NCBI RefSeq assembly: GCF_030144855.1
Contig: NC_082709.1
Span: 170,500,001-170,564,000, forward strand
Direction: 5' to 3'
Source: Hypanus sabinus
Lineage: Eukaryota
Length of the DNA stretch: 64,000 bases
Positions 1 to 12,480 of this stretch are shown here, in pieces. The stretch's first letter is position 1, and every line of letters starts with the position of its first letter. The translations under genes were made by a program, and so were the position numbers. Below the pieces are notes generated by a model. It was not told where the DNA came from, ran no database searches, and saw only the letters and a list, made by a program, of their open reading frames with translations.

Positions 1-33
1 CTGGGGATGACAAGGAGAGTCTTTTGGTTAAGG

Positions 34-600
34 CCATAAGACCATACGGGAGCAAAATTAGACTATTTGGCTCATCGAGTCTGCTCCATCATTTCATCTT
101 GACTGATCCATTTCCCTCTCAGCCCTAGTCTCGTGCCTTCTCCCTGTAACTCTTTATACCTTGACTAATCAAGAACCCATCAACTTCTGCCTTAAATATG
201 CCTAATGACTTGGCTTCCACAGCTGCCTGTGGTAACGAATTCCACAGATTCACCACTCTCTGGCTAAAGAAATTCCTCCTCGTCTCTATTCTAATTGGAT
301 GCCCCTCTATTCTGAGGCTGTGTCCTCTGGTCTTAGACTCCCCCACCAAAGGAAACATCCTCTTCACATCCACCCTATCAAAGCCTTTCTACATTTGATA
401 GGTTTCAATGAGATTCCCTCCCCTCTATTCTCCTGGATTCCATAGATTACATGCCCAAAGACGCCACTCTTTATATTATAAGCCTTTCAATCCTGGAATC
501 AATTTTGTGAACCTTCTTTGAACTCTCTCCAATGTCAGCCCATCCTTTCTAAGATAAGGAGCCCAAAACTGCACACAATACTCCAAATGAGTATAAAGCC
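34..600 (-). mobile_element. CR1 LINE 3' fragment
   Basis: CR1 ORF2 C-terminus (RGHSLRIEG...RRNFFSQRVVNLWNSLPQ) plus 3' tail. Confidence 0.9.
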
Positions 601-692
601 TCACTATGTTAACAGTGAGTGAATGATGAGAGGGGCAGGGAAGGGCAGAGATTGTTCAGTGGGGAGCAGAGAAGTGTGGATGGATAAGTGAA

Positions 693-909
693 TGATGCAC
701 CATCAATAACTCACCCTGAGACGTAAAGGCGAGATATCAGCTTTTATTGACTGGAAGAAGGAACAAGCAGTGAGTGACCACCATACTACATCCTGGAGAC
801 TGAGAGGCTGGGCTCAGGCCTTGATCGCCTTTATACAGGGGTCTGTGGAAGGAGCCACAGGAGCAGTCAGCAGGGGGTGTGTCCAGACAAGTATATGTAG
901 TTCACCACA
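693..909 (-). mobile_element. Solo LTR (217 bp) with 5-bp TSD GTGAA
   Basis: TG...CA termini. On the minus strand TATAAA precedes AATAAA. GTGAA occurs at 688-692 and 910-914. Confidence 0.85.
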
Positions 910-1419
910 GTGAAGTATTTTTCCACACAGGAAGAACATTCTTACTGCAAAGGAGGTGTGTGGAATTTCACAGGGGCACAGCCCAATTGCTCCAGATAAA
1001 AGGCTGGCAGGGAGGTTTCCACAAGGCATAAGTGGTGTCTATGACAGGATAACTTTATAGTCCAAGAAAAAATATCCATGATTGCCCATACTGTCTGTTC
1101 CCTTAAAATGAATGAAATGAAGATTTAAGTCTCTCCTTCCAAAATACAGAGTTTGGGTCACCTCCCTAATATTGGAATTGGTTTATTATTGTCACATGTA
1201 TCAAGATACAGTGAAAAGCTTGACTTATGTACTGTTAATACAGTTCACATCATTACACAGTGTATTGAGGTAAAACAAAACAATACAGAATAAAGTGTAA
1301 AAGCTACAGAGAAACTTAGACAATGAAGTGCAAGATCACACTGAGGTAGATCATGTGTTCAAGAGTCCATTTTATCATACAAGAGTAATACAAATTGTGA
1401 GACAGACTTAATGAGTCAT

Positions 1420-1565
1420 GCAGTATCTGTGGGGGCAAAAGGAAATGTCAACATTTCAGATCAAAACCTGTATCAAGAGTCGACGATTCTTTTACCCACA
1501 AAGTCATCGCTCGACTCACCGAGTTCCTCCAGCAGATCGCATGTTACTCCAACCTTTTGTACCTC
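1420..1565. mobile_element. Degenerate Penelope-derived hairpin/pLTR relic
   Basis: Contains gtcaacatttc and the arm gagttcctccagca seen in the family member at 46018-46224. Confidence 0.45.
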
Positions 1566-2139
1566 CATCAAACTGTGAGATAAGGCAGATGCCAGAAGCA
1601 GCTCTGACAATAACTTCAGACTGACCAAGACATGATATCCATGGGCAAAGCTTTGATGACCTCATATGAGATCAAAGATTGAAAGGAGCACTAAGAATAC
1701 AGTTTGAATCATAGAAAGCTGGGTTAGCAAAACCCAGTTATTCTTTAACTAATTAAGGATGGCTACTTTTCAAACATAAAGTTCAAGCTGTCACTATACT
1801 AATTAGCAATTTAATTTATTGTTATATGTACAGTGAAAAACTTCGCTTTGAATGCCGTCTATTCAGATCATTCCATCGCATCAGTACATTAGATAGTCAA
1901 AGAGAAATCAATAACAGAATGGAGAACATAGTGTTTCAGTTACAGAGAAAGTGCAGTGCAGGTAGACAATAAGGTGTAAGCTATGATGAGGTTGACAGCG
2001 TGGTCGTTTATCTTAAAATATACTGTTATGCTTTGTAATTCCATAACTAACCGGAAAGAAAAACACGGGAGGCCAGGATAAAGATGCACTCTTTGTTTTC
2101 TACTTCATTTATTTATTTATTGAGATTGACCACCATAAG

Positions 2140-2625
2140 GTCAGAAGTGAGGATGACTGCACAATGTTCTGCACCAGTCGTGACTCCTCAGATAGTGAAG
2201 CAGTTCATACCCAAACGCAGCAGGACCTGGACAATACCCAGGCTTGTGCTGACAATCGGCAAGAAGCATTCGAGCCATGCAAGTGCCAGGCAATGACCAT
2301 CTCCAACAAGAGAGGCCCTGACCATTGTCCCTTGACATTCAGTGGCATCACCATCACTGAATCCCCTCCTATCAACATCCTCGGGGTTACCATTGACAGG
2401 AAACTGAACTGGTCTAGCCATATAAGCACCAAAGCAGGTCAAAGGTGTGTAACTCACCTCCTGACTCCCCAAACCCTGTCCACCATCTGGAAGGCTCAGG
2501 TGAGGAGTGTAATGAAACACTCACCACTCGCCCGGAGGAGTGCAGCTCCTTCAACATTCAAGAATCTTGACACCATCCAGTACAAGGCATCCCACTTCCA
2601 CAAGCATCCAATCCCTCCATCATTG
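2140..2625 (+). mobile_element. CR1/L2-group LINE RT C-terminal fragment
   Basis: QQDLDNTQA...CQAMTISNKR...INILGVTIDRKLNWSSHI pattern. Confidence 0.75.
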
Positions 2626-3357
2626 GGAAGTGGCAGCCTCAATGTCATAAAAACAAAGGAGCTGGTTGTGGACTACGGGAGGAATGGAGACAGGCTAACC
2701 CCTATTGACTTCAATGCATCTGGGGTTGAGGGGGTAAACAGCTTTAAGTTCCTCGGCATCCACATCACCGAGGACCTCACGTGGTCTGTACACACCAGCT
2801 GTGTGGTGAAAAAGGCACAACGGAGCCTCTTTCACTTCAGATGGTGGAGGAAGTTTGGTATGGGCCTCCAAATCCTAAGAATTTTCCACAGGGACACAAC
2901 TGAGAGCATCCTGACTGGCTGCATCACTGATTGGTATGGGAACTGTACCTCCCTTAATCGCGGGATTCTGCAGAGAGTGGAGTGGACAGCCCAGCGCATC
3001 TGTAGTTGTGAACTTCCCATGATTCAGGACATTTACAAAGACAGGTGTGAAAAAAAGGGCCTGAAGGATCATTCAGGACTCAAGTCACCCCAACCACAAT
3101 CTATTCCAGCTGCTACCATCCGGAAAACCGCAGCATAAAAGCCAGAACCAACAGGTTCCAGAACAGGTTCTTCCACCAGGCCATCAGACTGATTAACTCA
3201 CGCTGATTTGAATGCATTTCTAATTTACATTAACTGCTCTATTTATTATTAATTACTACGATTGCACATTGCACATTTAGACAGAGCCATAACATACAGA
3301 TATATGTGAAGGGTGTAAGAAATAAATTCCAATTCAAAATTCAAATTCAAATTCAAA
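2626..3357 (+). mobile_element. Rex1/Babar LINE 3' fragment with (ATTCAA)n tail
   Basis: LNVIKTKELVVDY...FKFLGIHITEDLTWS...ESILTGCITDWYGNC; microsatellite tail at 3331-3357. Confidence 0.85.
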
Positions 3358-4714
3358 TACAACCATTCATTAATGCAAATATCTTATCAGCCATCTGCGT
3401 CCAAGTCCTTTCAAGAGTTTACTACAGCAGCACAGAAGGTGAACCTGAGCCCGGTTGCAGGAACTTTCTGGACTCTTGTTTCGTCTGCCTGATTTTTTTT
3501 GTGGGGGGGGGGGTTGCGGAGAAGAGAGGAAGTCTAAGGTGGGGTGGTTCTTTGGTTTTGGCTGATTTGTTAGGGTAGAGAGACTTATAGGCAGAGTGCA
3601 TGGAGGGGAGGGGATGTGCTGGTCTGTACACGTTCCACTCCGCAGCACAGCACACAGTGAAATTTGCACTGCAGCACTGTATGGCAGGATCTTCTGCCTG
3701 AAAGAAACACAAATGAGCAAAAGAAAGAAGAAGAGCTTGGTGACAAGCACTGGGGCACCAGAAGTGTGAGAAAAATCGCTCTAACCCAGGCTAATGTGAT
3801 TTTCAGCAACACAATGCAGTTTGTTTCAGAGGTGTAGATTAATTTCTACCCAATAGCTGGAAATGTAGCAACAAATCCCCCCTTGCCAATGAAGACATCA
3901 GCAGAGCCAGGCTAAATCAGGCTGCTGTTTTTGCAAAGATTACAAGCAGAATCAAAGCTAATTCAGATTGCCATGTCAAGAGCTAGTATCTATGGTGTAC
4001 AGCATGTCACGGAGAAGGTTTACAATCTACTAGCTCATCTCATTAATTGTAGTACCAAGAAAGATGCTCCACAACTCACACAAACAAATTTGCACATCAG
4101 CATTCATCAGAACTCACTGCCATTTGAGATACATTGAAATATAATGTAAATTTTGTGAATCACTTTCCAAAGCAGGGTTTCAGCATTTTGCTTGTACTGT
4201 AATCCAAATACTCTGCTGAAATTCAGGTGCAAAACTGAACCGTAGCAAGTTTGCATGCAGCTGATTAATTGTATGGTGAATCAATTGAGCCTCCTACACA
4301 AAGGAGACCCTCACTTTTGGCGTGGGCTTTCGAGAGCGTATTTTCATCTCAGCTATTCAGGTTCGTTGCTCCCTCGCTGTATGTTGCCCAGTGTGTACTG
4401 TTACTAACATGGTAAAAACGCTGAATCTTACTGCTCCACTATCGTTCTTGTTCCTTGCACACATAACAAAACCCATTGTAAACTAAAGGAAGATCAATGT
4501 GAACCCATGTGAAGGAGCTTAATCCTGCTCTTAACAGTAAAACAAATACACAAAAATGCCCTTCATTTAATATATAGGGGCAAGTATGATCAAGCCCATC
4601 CTGACAACAGAATAAACTGTTGCTGCATGTCAGGCTGTCATTATCCCCGGCCAAAAATATAGTTAATGATGGAATTCTTCCGGCAGTTCCAGTTGTAGGT
4701 GATGAAGCAGATTT

Positions 4715-6617
4715 TAGACTAGAAGACATAAGTCATAGGAGCAGAGTTCGGCCATTTGGCCCATCAAGTCTCTGCCATTCAATCATGGCTGATCCTTTTT
4801 TCCCCTCCTCAGCCCCACTACCCGGCATTCTCCCCGTAACCTTTGATGCTGTGTCCAATCAAGAACCTATCAATCTCTGCCTTAAATACACCCAACAACC
4901 TGGCCTCCACAGTTGCCTGTGGTAATAAATTACACAATTCACCACCCTCTGGGCTAAAGAAATTGCTCCAGATCTCTGTTTTAAATGGAAACTCCTCTAT
5001 CCTAAGGCTGTGCCCTCTTGTCCTAGTCTCTCCACCATGGGAAATATCCTTTCCACATCTGCTTTGTCAAGGCCTTTCAACATTTCAAAGGTTTCAATGG
5101 GATACCCCCTCATCTTTCTAATCCAGCAAGTATAGACCCAGAGCTCCTTGTATGATAACTCTTTCATTCCCAGAATCATCCTTGCGAAGCTCCTCTTTAC
5201 CCTCTCCAATGCCAGCGACATATTTTCTTAGACGAGGAGCCGAAAACTGTTCATAATACTCGCCAGTGCCTCATAAAGCCTCAAACATCACATCCCTGCT
5301 CTTGTATTCTAGACCATTTGAAGTGAATGCTAACATTGCATTTGCCTTCCTCACCACCGACTCAACCTGCAAGTTAACCTTTAGGATGTTCTGCACAAGG
5401 ACTCCCAAGTCCCCTTTGCATCTCAAATTTTTGGATTGTTCTCCCTGTTTAGAAGATGGTCCGCACATTTATTTCTTCTACCAAAGAGCATGGCCATGCA
5501 TTTTCCAACATTGTATTTTATTTGCCACTTCCTTGTCCATTCTCCTAATCTGTCCAAGGTTCTTCAGCACCACCTGACCCTCCACCAATCTTGGGATCAT
5601 CTGCAAACTTGGCAACAAAGCCATTTATTCCATCATCTAAATCATTTACACACAGCATAAAAAGAAGCAGTCCCAACACTGATCCCTTCGGAACACCACT
5701 AGACACTGGCAGCCAACCAGAAAAGGAACCTTTTATTCCCACTCACTGCCTCCTACCAATCAGCAAATGCTCTAACTATGCCAGTTACTTTCCTGTAATA
5801 ACATGTGCTCTTAACTTGGTAAGCAGACTCATGTGTGGCAACTTGTCAAAGGCCTTCTGTAAGTTCAAATATACAACATTGACTGCATCCCTTTTATCTA
5901 TCCTACTTGTAATGTCCTCAAAGCATTCCAACAGGTCTGTCAGGCAAAATTTTCCCTTAAGGAAACTATACTGACTTTGTCCTATTTTGTCCTATGTCAC
6001 CAAATTCTCTATAACATCCTTAAAAATTGATTCCAACGTCTTCCCAACCACTGAGGTCAGGCTAACTGGTCTATAATGTATTTTTTTCTGCTGCCTTCCT
6101 CCTTTCTAAAGGGATGGAGAGACTTCTGCAATTTTTCAGTCCTCTGATACCATGCCAGAGTCCAAAGATTTTTGAAAGATCATTACTAATGCCACCACAG
6201 TCTCTACCACTACCGCTTTCAGAACCCTAGGGTGCAATTCATCTGGTCCAGGTGATTTATGTACCCTTAGGTCTTACAGCTTTTTGAGCACCTTCTCCCT
6301 TGTAATAATAACTGCACCCACTTCCCTCGCTCCCTTCAACATCTGGCACACTGCTAATGTCTTCCACAGTGAAGACTGATGCAAAATACTCATTTAATTC
6401 ATCAGCCATCTTCTTGTCCCCCATTATTATTTCTCCAAACTCATTTTACAGCGGTCCTATGTCCACTCCCACCTCTCTTTTATTTTCTACCTATTTAAAA
6501 AAGCTTTTACTATTCACATTGATATTGTTTGCTAGCTTGCTTTCATATTTCATCTTCTCCCCCCTAATGTTTATTTTAGTTGCTGTCTGTAAGTTTTTAA
6601 AAGCTTCCCAATTCTCT
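4715..6617 (-). mobile_element. CR1 LINE, 5'-truncated and decayed
   Basis: SGVPKGSVLG, KFADD and C-terminal CR1 motifs in broken frames. Confidence 0.9.
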
Positions 6618-7109
6618 CAACCTTCCCTGAAAGCATAGCATGTCGAACCTTGAAGAGGACGACCAACAGAAACAGAAGACCACGTACAGAAGGAATCTAG
6701 TAAAGTAGTCACAGAGTGTAAATCTGTGTGAAGGGAACCTTTGGGGCTTACTGAACTAACAGCTGCGCTGACCAAAGGAAAAAGGCTCAGAACTTGAAGA
6801 ATTCTCTCCACAGAGCAGTGGTAATAAAAGCTAACAAGGAGAAGACAGAAAATATGAAGAAAGGGGGGTGGCACTCTCCAGTGCGCCTTGTGTCCACTCC
6901 TGCCTTCCCAGCCAATGGGATGGCCTGATCTTATCAACCCCTGAGATGAGCTTGCTGCAAGCCTAGGGCTGAATGGCTGACTAATGATCTCTTCTCACAG
7001 TTCAGGGAAAAGACTGGGATCAGGAAAGGGAATTCCAGAGAATCTTTTAACAGGGTTAGCACAGGAGGTAGTGGTTAGAGTAACACTATTAACATGGAAA
7101 CGGAGATAC

Positions 7110-8765
7110 ATAGAAAACCTTCAGCGCAATACAGCTCACTAAGCTGTGCCGAACATGCCCTTAGCTGAGAAATTACCTAAGGTTACCCATAGCCCACTAA
7201 TTTTCTGTGCTCCATGTACCTGTCCAGGAATCTCTAAAAAGATCCTATCATATCCGCCTCCACCACAGTCCCCAATCCAGGCAACATCTTTGTAAATCTC
7301 TTCTGTACCTTTTCTATAGTTTCCACATCCTTCCTGTAGTGAAGTGACCAAAACTGAGCACAGTATTCCAATTGGGATCTGACCAGGGTCCTATATAGCT
7401 GAAACATTACCTCTCAGCTCCTAAACCTAGACTCATGATTGATGAAGGCTAATGCACTGCATGCTTTCTTAACCAGAGTCAACCTGCGCAGCAGCTTCAA
7501 GTGTCCTATGGACTCGGACCCCAAGATCCCTTTGGTTCACACTGCCAAGAGACTTAACATTAATGCTATATTCTGCCATCATATTTGACCTACCAATATG
7601 AACCACCTCACACTTATCTGGGTTGAACTCCATCTGCCACTTCTCAGCCCAGTTTTGCATCCTATCAATGTCCCACAACCTCTGACAGACCTCCACACTA
7701 TCCACAACACCTCCAACCTTTGTGTCATCAGCAAACTTTCTAACCCATCCCTCCACTTCCTCATCCAGGTCATTTATAAAAATCACAACAATTAGGGAAT
7801 CCAGAACTGATCCCTGAGGCACTCCACTGGTGACCGACCTCCATGCAGAATATGACCCGTCTACAACTACTCTTTGCGTTCTGTGGGCAAGCCAGTTCTA
7901 GATCGACAAAGCAATTTCCCCTTGGATTCCATGTCTCCTTACTTTATCAATAAGCCTTGCATGGGGTACCTTGTCAAATGCCTTTCTGAAATCTATATAC
8001 ACTATATCTACTGCTCTTCCTGCATCAATGTGTTTAGTCACATCCTCAAAAAATTCAATCAGGCTCGTAAGGCACGACCTGCCCTTGACAAAGCCATGCT
8101 GACTATTCCTAATCATATTATGCCTCTCCAAATGTTCTTAAATCCTGCCTCTTAGTATATTCTCCATCAACTTACCAACCACTGAAGTAAGACTCACTGG
8201 TCTACAATTTCCTGGGCTATCTCTACTCCCTTTTTTGAATAAAGGAACAACATCCGCAACCCTCCAATCCTCCGAACCTCTCCTGTCCCTATTGATGATG
8301 CAAAATCATTGCCAGAGGCTCAGCAATCTCCTCCCTCACCTCCCACAGTAGCCTGTGTTACATCTCGTCCGGTCCCTGTGACTTATCCAACTTGGTGCTT
8401 TCCAAAAGCTCCTGCACATCTTCTTTCTTAATAACTACATGCTCAAGGTTTTCAGTCTGCTGTTAGTCATCCCTACAATCACCAAGATCCTTTTCTGTAG
8501 TGATTACTGAAGCAAAGTACTCATTAAGTACATCTGCTATCTCCTCCGGTTCCATACACACTTTTCCACTGTCACATTTGATAGGTCCTATTCTCTCACG
8601 TCTTATCCTCTTGCTCATCACAAACTTGTAGAATGCCTTGGGGTTTTCCTTAATCCTGCTTGCCAAGGCCTTCTCATGGCCCTTTCTGGCTCTCCTAATT
8701 TCTTTCTTAAGCTTCTTCCTGCTAGCTTTATAATCTTTGAGCTCTCTATCATTACCTAGCTTTTT
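7110..8765 (-). mobile_element. CR1 LINE (second subfamily), decayed
   Basis: IKENPKAFYK, QHGFVKGRSCLT, FRKAFDKVPH, PQGSVL, KFADDTK. Confidence 0.9.
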
Positions 8766-8799
8766 TACAGAACCGGTGACCCTAGTTCAATTTCTTTTT

Positions 8800-8975
8800 C
8801 TGACTGTAAGGTCCGTATGTTCTCCCTGTGACCATGTGGATTTCCTCTGAGTGCTCCAGTTTCCTCCCACATTCCAAAGATGTACAGGTTAGTATGTTAA
8901 TTGGTCACAGGGGTGTAACTTGGCACCATGGACTTAATGGAGTGGAAGGTTCTGTTACCATGCTGTATCTCTAAA
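8800..8975 (+). mobile_element. SINE core fragment
   Basis: gtttcctcccacattccaaaga core shared with other SINE copies in the window. Confidence 0.7.
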
Positions 8976-9802
8976 CAATGAATAAGTAAATGTGACAGTG
9001 GTGATTAAGAGGTGACCAATGACACACTGCCAATTCTTTCATTGCTAACTGGGTCCTGTACCTTGAGCAATGTGCTTTTGCCTTTTTTATGAGTTGACAG
9101 CAAAGGTCACAGCTCCGCACAAAAGCCCCAGCTTTTGGCACCAGTGGGGGAAAGATTTGCTGCTTGACCTACAACCAAACTGGCACCCCCAGGTTGATTG
9201 TCCTCTTCTTATTAAATACACAGGATTACACCCACAGCGATACAACACCCTAGCTAATGCAACTGATTCCTCGTGGTGCCTGAAAGCCTGACTTTCGATG
9301 CTACCTGTGACTCTGTATGTTTCCTCATGATATTTCAGTTTTATCCCACATCTCAAAGGTGTGCAGGCTACTAGATTATTGATCACTGTAAATTTCCCCT
9401 GGCTTAACGGTGAGTGGAAAAATCTGGGAGAGTTGATGACAATGTAGGAAGAATTTAAGAAAATGAGTTAATGTAGGTTTGGTCTAAACGGATGATTGAT
9501 GATTAGCACTGAAGATCTATCTCCTGGCCGTATCTCTGCATATGATTGCTGGATTATAACCTAGCGTTTCAGATGGCGAGAAGGCAACTCAATAATTTTC
9601 ATAAATTCATTGCCTGTGGAGGAATGTCTATGGGAAACTTTCTGTTCCATTGGAGCAAAAAGGAGGATGAGAACATAAACAATTACCTTTAGCTCATCAA
9701 CATTCATCAATGCCCCATTATCATAGAGACTGCCTTATGTCATGTGCTGGTGATGACAGCAGAAGTTGGTCCACCAGGAACCTCATATGAACAGAAGCAG
9801 TT

Positions 9803-10400
9803 CAAAGTTCAAAGTGCATTTATTAGCAAAGTGTGAATATATCACCACATATTACCCTGAGATTCATTTTCTTGCAGGCATTCACAGTAGAACAAAGAAA
9901 TACAACAGAACCAATGGAAAATACTACACATAAACAAGACAGACAAATGACCAAAGTGCAAAAGATAAACCGTGCAAACACAATAAGTAAATAGATAAAT
10001 AGATGGATTTTGGGTTTTGTGTTCATGCTACCTCTACCTGCCCATAGAAAACAGTGTCCTCTCCATGGTCTCTGTCTACACTTGTTCCCTCAGTAAAGAA
10101 GGGAGCATAATCAAAGACCTCGCTCACCCTGGACATTCTCTCTTCTCCACTCTCCCATCAGGAAGAAGATTCAAAATCCTGAAAGCAACCCCCACCAGGT
10201 TCAAAGTCAACTTCTACTCCACTGTAATAAGGCTAGTAAATGCTTCCTGGTGTGATAAGATGGGCTCCTGGCCTTACAATCAATTTCATTTTGATCTTGA
10301 AATTCATCGTTTACCTGCCGTACAGATTCTCTTTGTTCTATTTCAATGCAGTGTGTAATGGATTGATCCATATGCACAGCATACATGACAACCCAACCTC
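9803..10400. mobile_element. Rex1/Babar-derived fragments
   Basis: SIIKDLAHPGHSLFSTLPSGRRF C-terminal motif on plus; (TTCAAAG) tail on the opposite strand. Confidence 0.65.
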
Positions 10401-11184
10401 ACCCTAAATATATTCACGTTGTCCTGTCCACCTCTACCCTACCCTCCCTGCGCCTTAATTTCATTTCTTACTTAGGAAACATTATTTATTTTCCCACCAA
10501 TGCTCTGTGACCTGCTGAGGTTTCCCAGCACTTCCTGTTTTCATATTCCAAATATTTACTGACTCACTCAGTTTCTTAAAGACGTGAGGGAGAAATTCGC
10601 AAGCACGAGGCACAGGAGAGAGCAATTGCTGATATAAAAACCCAAGTATTCAGCTCTACACATCCTGATTTGCTGGTCAGTGAACTAACTGGGAGAAAGT
10701 ACAATCCGTGGCCAAGTCCTTCATTTAAAATGGAACATGAAGACTATTTGCTTTGGTGCATCTTCTCTGAATATGCTGCTCAAAGAAGTGCAAGGATTTC
10801 CTGCAGTATCTCAGCCCAAATTCCTCCTCCTGTTAATGCTACCAAAAAACAGATATTGGCCTGCTCATCTCATTTGCTTTTAGTGGGAACGGTGCCCACG
10901 TTTCCCACATAATTATCATTGCAATTGCAAAGTGCAATTCATTTTCCAAAGTGTTTCAAGGCCCATCGGCCTACAGTAATAATTAAAAGAACTGCTGCTT
11001 ATTAAGTTATAATTTAATTTTTTTGTGGTTGGAATGGAAATACTGTTTGCTGGCAGTCAGGGTAACTCTTAGCACTTTACTCAAATGCATGATGCCAAAT
11101 ATTAAAAGGTGTGTTAGTTTATCTGAGGATAGGAATCTAAACAGCAGTTAGCAGTTAGCAGAATCCTATTACAGTACAGAGACC

Positions 11185-11710
11185 TGTGCTGAATTAAGCT
11201 GCTGTCTGTAAGGAGTTGTATGTTCTCCCTGTAGGTTTCCTCCGACCGCTCCAGTTCCCTCCCACATTCTGAAGATCTACAGATTAATAGGTCAGTCAGT
11301 CACATGGATATACAGGGTGGCACAGGCTCATTGGGCCAGAAGGGCCTTTTACTGTGCTGTATCTTCAAATAAAAAATAACTGGCCAACAAAAAAATGGTG
11401 TTCGAGATGATAAGAGGAATAGATCAAGTGAACAGCCAGAGATTTTTTCCCAGGGTGGAAATGGATAATACAAGGGGCATAATTTTAAGGTGATTGGAGG
11501 AAAGTTTACACAGGATATTAGGTAAGTTTTGTTTTACACGGAATGGTAGATGTGTGGAACATGCTGCCAGAGGTGATGGCAGAGGCAGATATAGTAAGAG
11601 CAATTAAGAAACTTAGATAAACACATGGGTGATTGAAAAATGGAGGGTGTGTAGGAGGGAAGGGTTGGATTGATCTCAGAGTAAGGCCAAAGGGCTGTAC
11701 TGTGCTTCCA
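11185..11710 (+). mobile_element. SINE fragment followed by CR1 3' fragment
   Basis: SINE core, then CR1 C-terminal coding remnant and tail. Confidence 0.7.
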
Positions 11711-12139
11711 TGTTAATACAATACTGGGTTGAACTTCCTTTATTTATCGATAATTTGACCTGCACACGTGTGTTGTACACAAATGGCACCATGATTTGAT
11801 TATTCATTCCTCTATAAATTCTTCCAGCCTCAAAACCCTCAAAGGCCTCTGTGTTCCTTCATTTTTGGATTTCATTGGTGACTGATGCCTCAGTTATCCA
11901 GGCTCAAGCTATGGAATTCTCTTCCTAATCCTCGCTGCCTCCTTAAGTATGAGATTTCTTTTCCTACCCCCTCCAATTCTCTATCTCTGCTTCTTAATAG
12001 TTTTGTTAAATGCTATCTCTGATTAAGCATTTACTCTTTAGCTTACTATCCTCCTGGTGTCAAGTTTCCTTGCTAATTCTCGTTTTCAGCAGCCTGCAAT
12101 GGATTTGGCATCAGTAAAGGCCAATAAAAAGAAGCGAGG

Positions 12140-12480
12140 TGTAAGCAGAGCAGCCATTGTTGGTGGTGTAGTGTTAGAGTGCTCAGGAATTGACTGAACA
12201 GGTTTGGGCATGAACAGACTTGCACAAGCATAGGCACAGGTACTAAGTAAGTTTCTAGTAAGGTTTTTTTCCTCTTTGGTTGTCTATTAGTACATATCTA
12301 ATGCAATGACAATGGGCCCAGGATTAGTGGTATGCTTTTTGTGTGAGATATGGGAACTCTCAGGGACCTCCACTTTCCCCGATAACTACATCAGCACAAA
12401 GTGTATGGAGCTTCAGCTCTTTAGACACTGTGTTCAGGAACTGGAGCTGCAGCTGGATGACTTTCAGCTCGTACTGGAAC
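12140..12480 (+). mobile_element. CR1 5' UTR/ORF1 zinc-finger fragment
   Basis: VVCFLCEIW...STKCMELQLFRHCVQELELQLD, homologous to ORF1 at about 41950-42100. Confidence 0.7.

Noticed and set aside
9070-9386. Overlapping 73-aa and 99-aa ORFs in unique sequence
   Set aside because: No motifs or convincing splice sites; likely non-coding.
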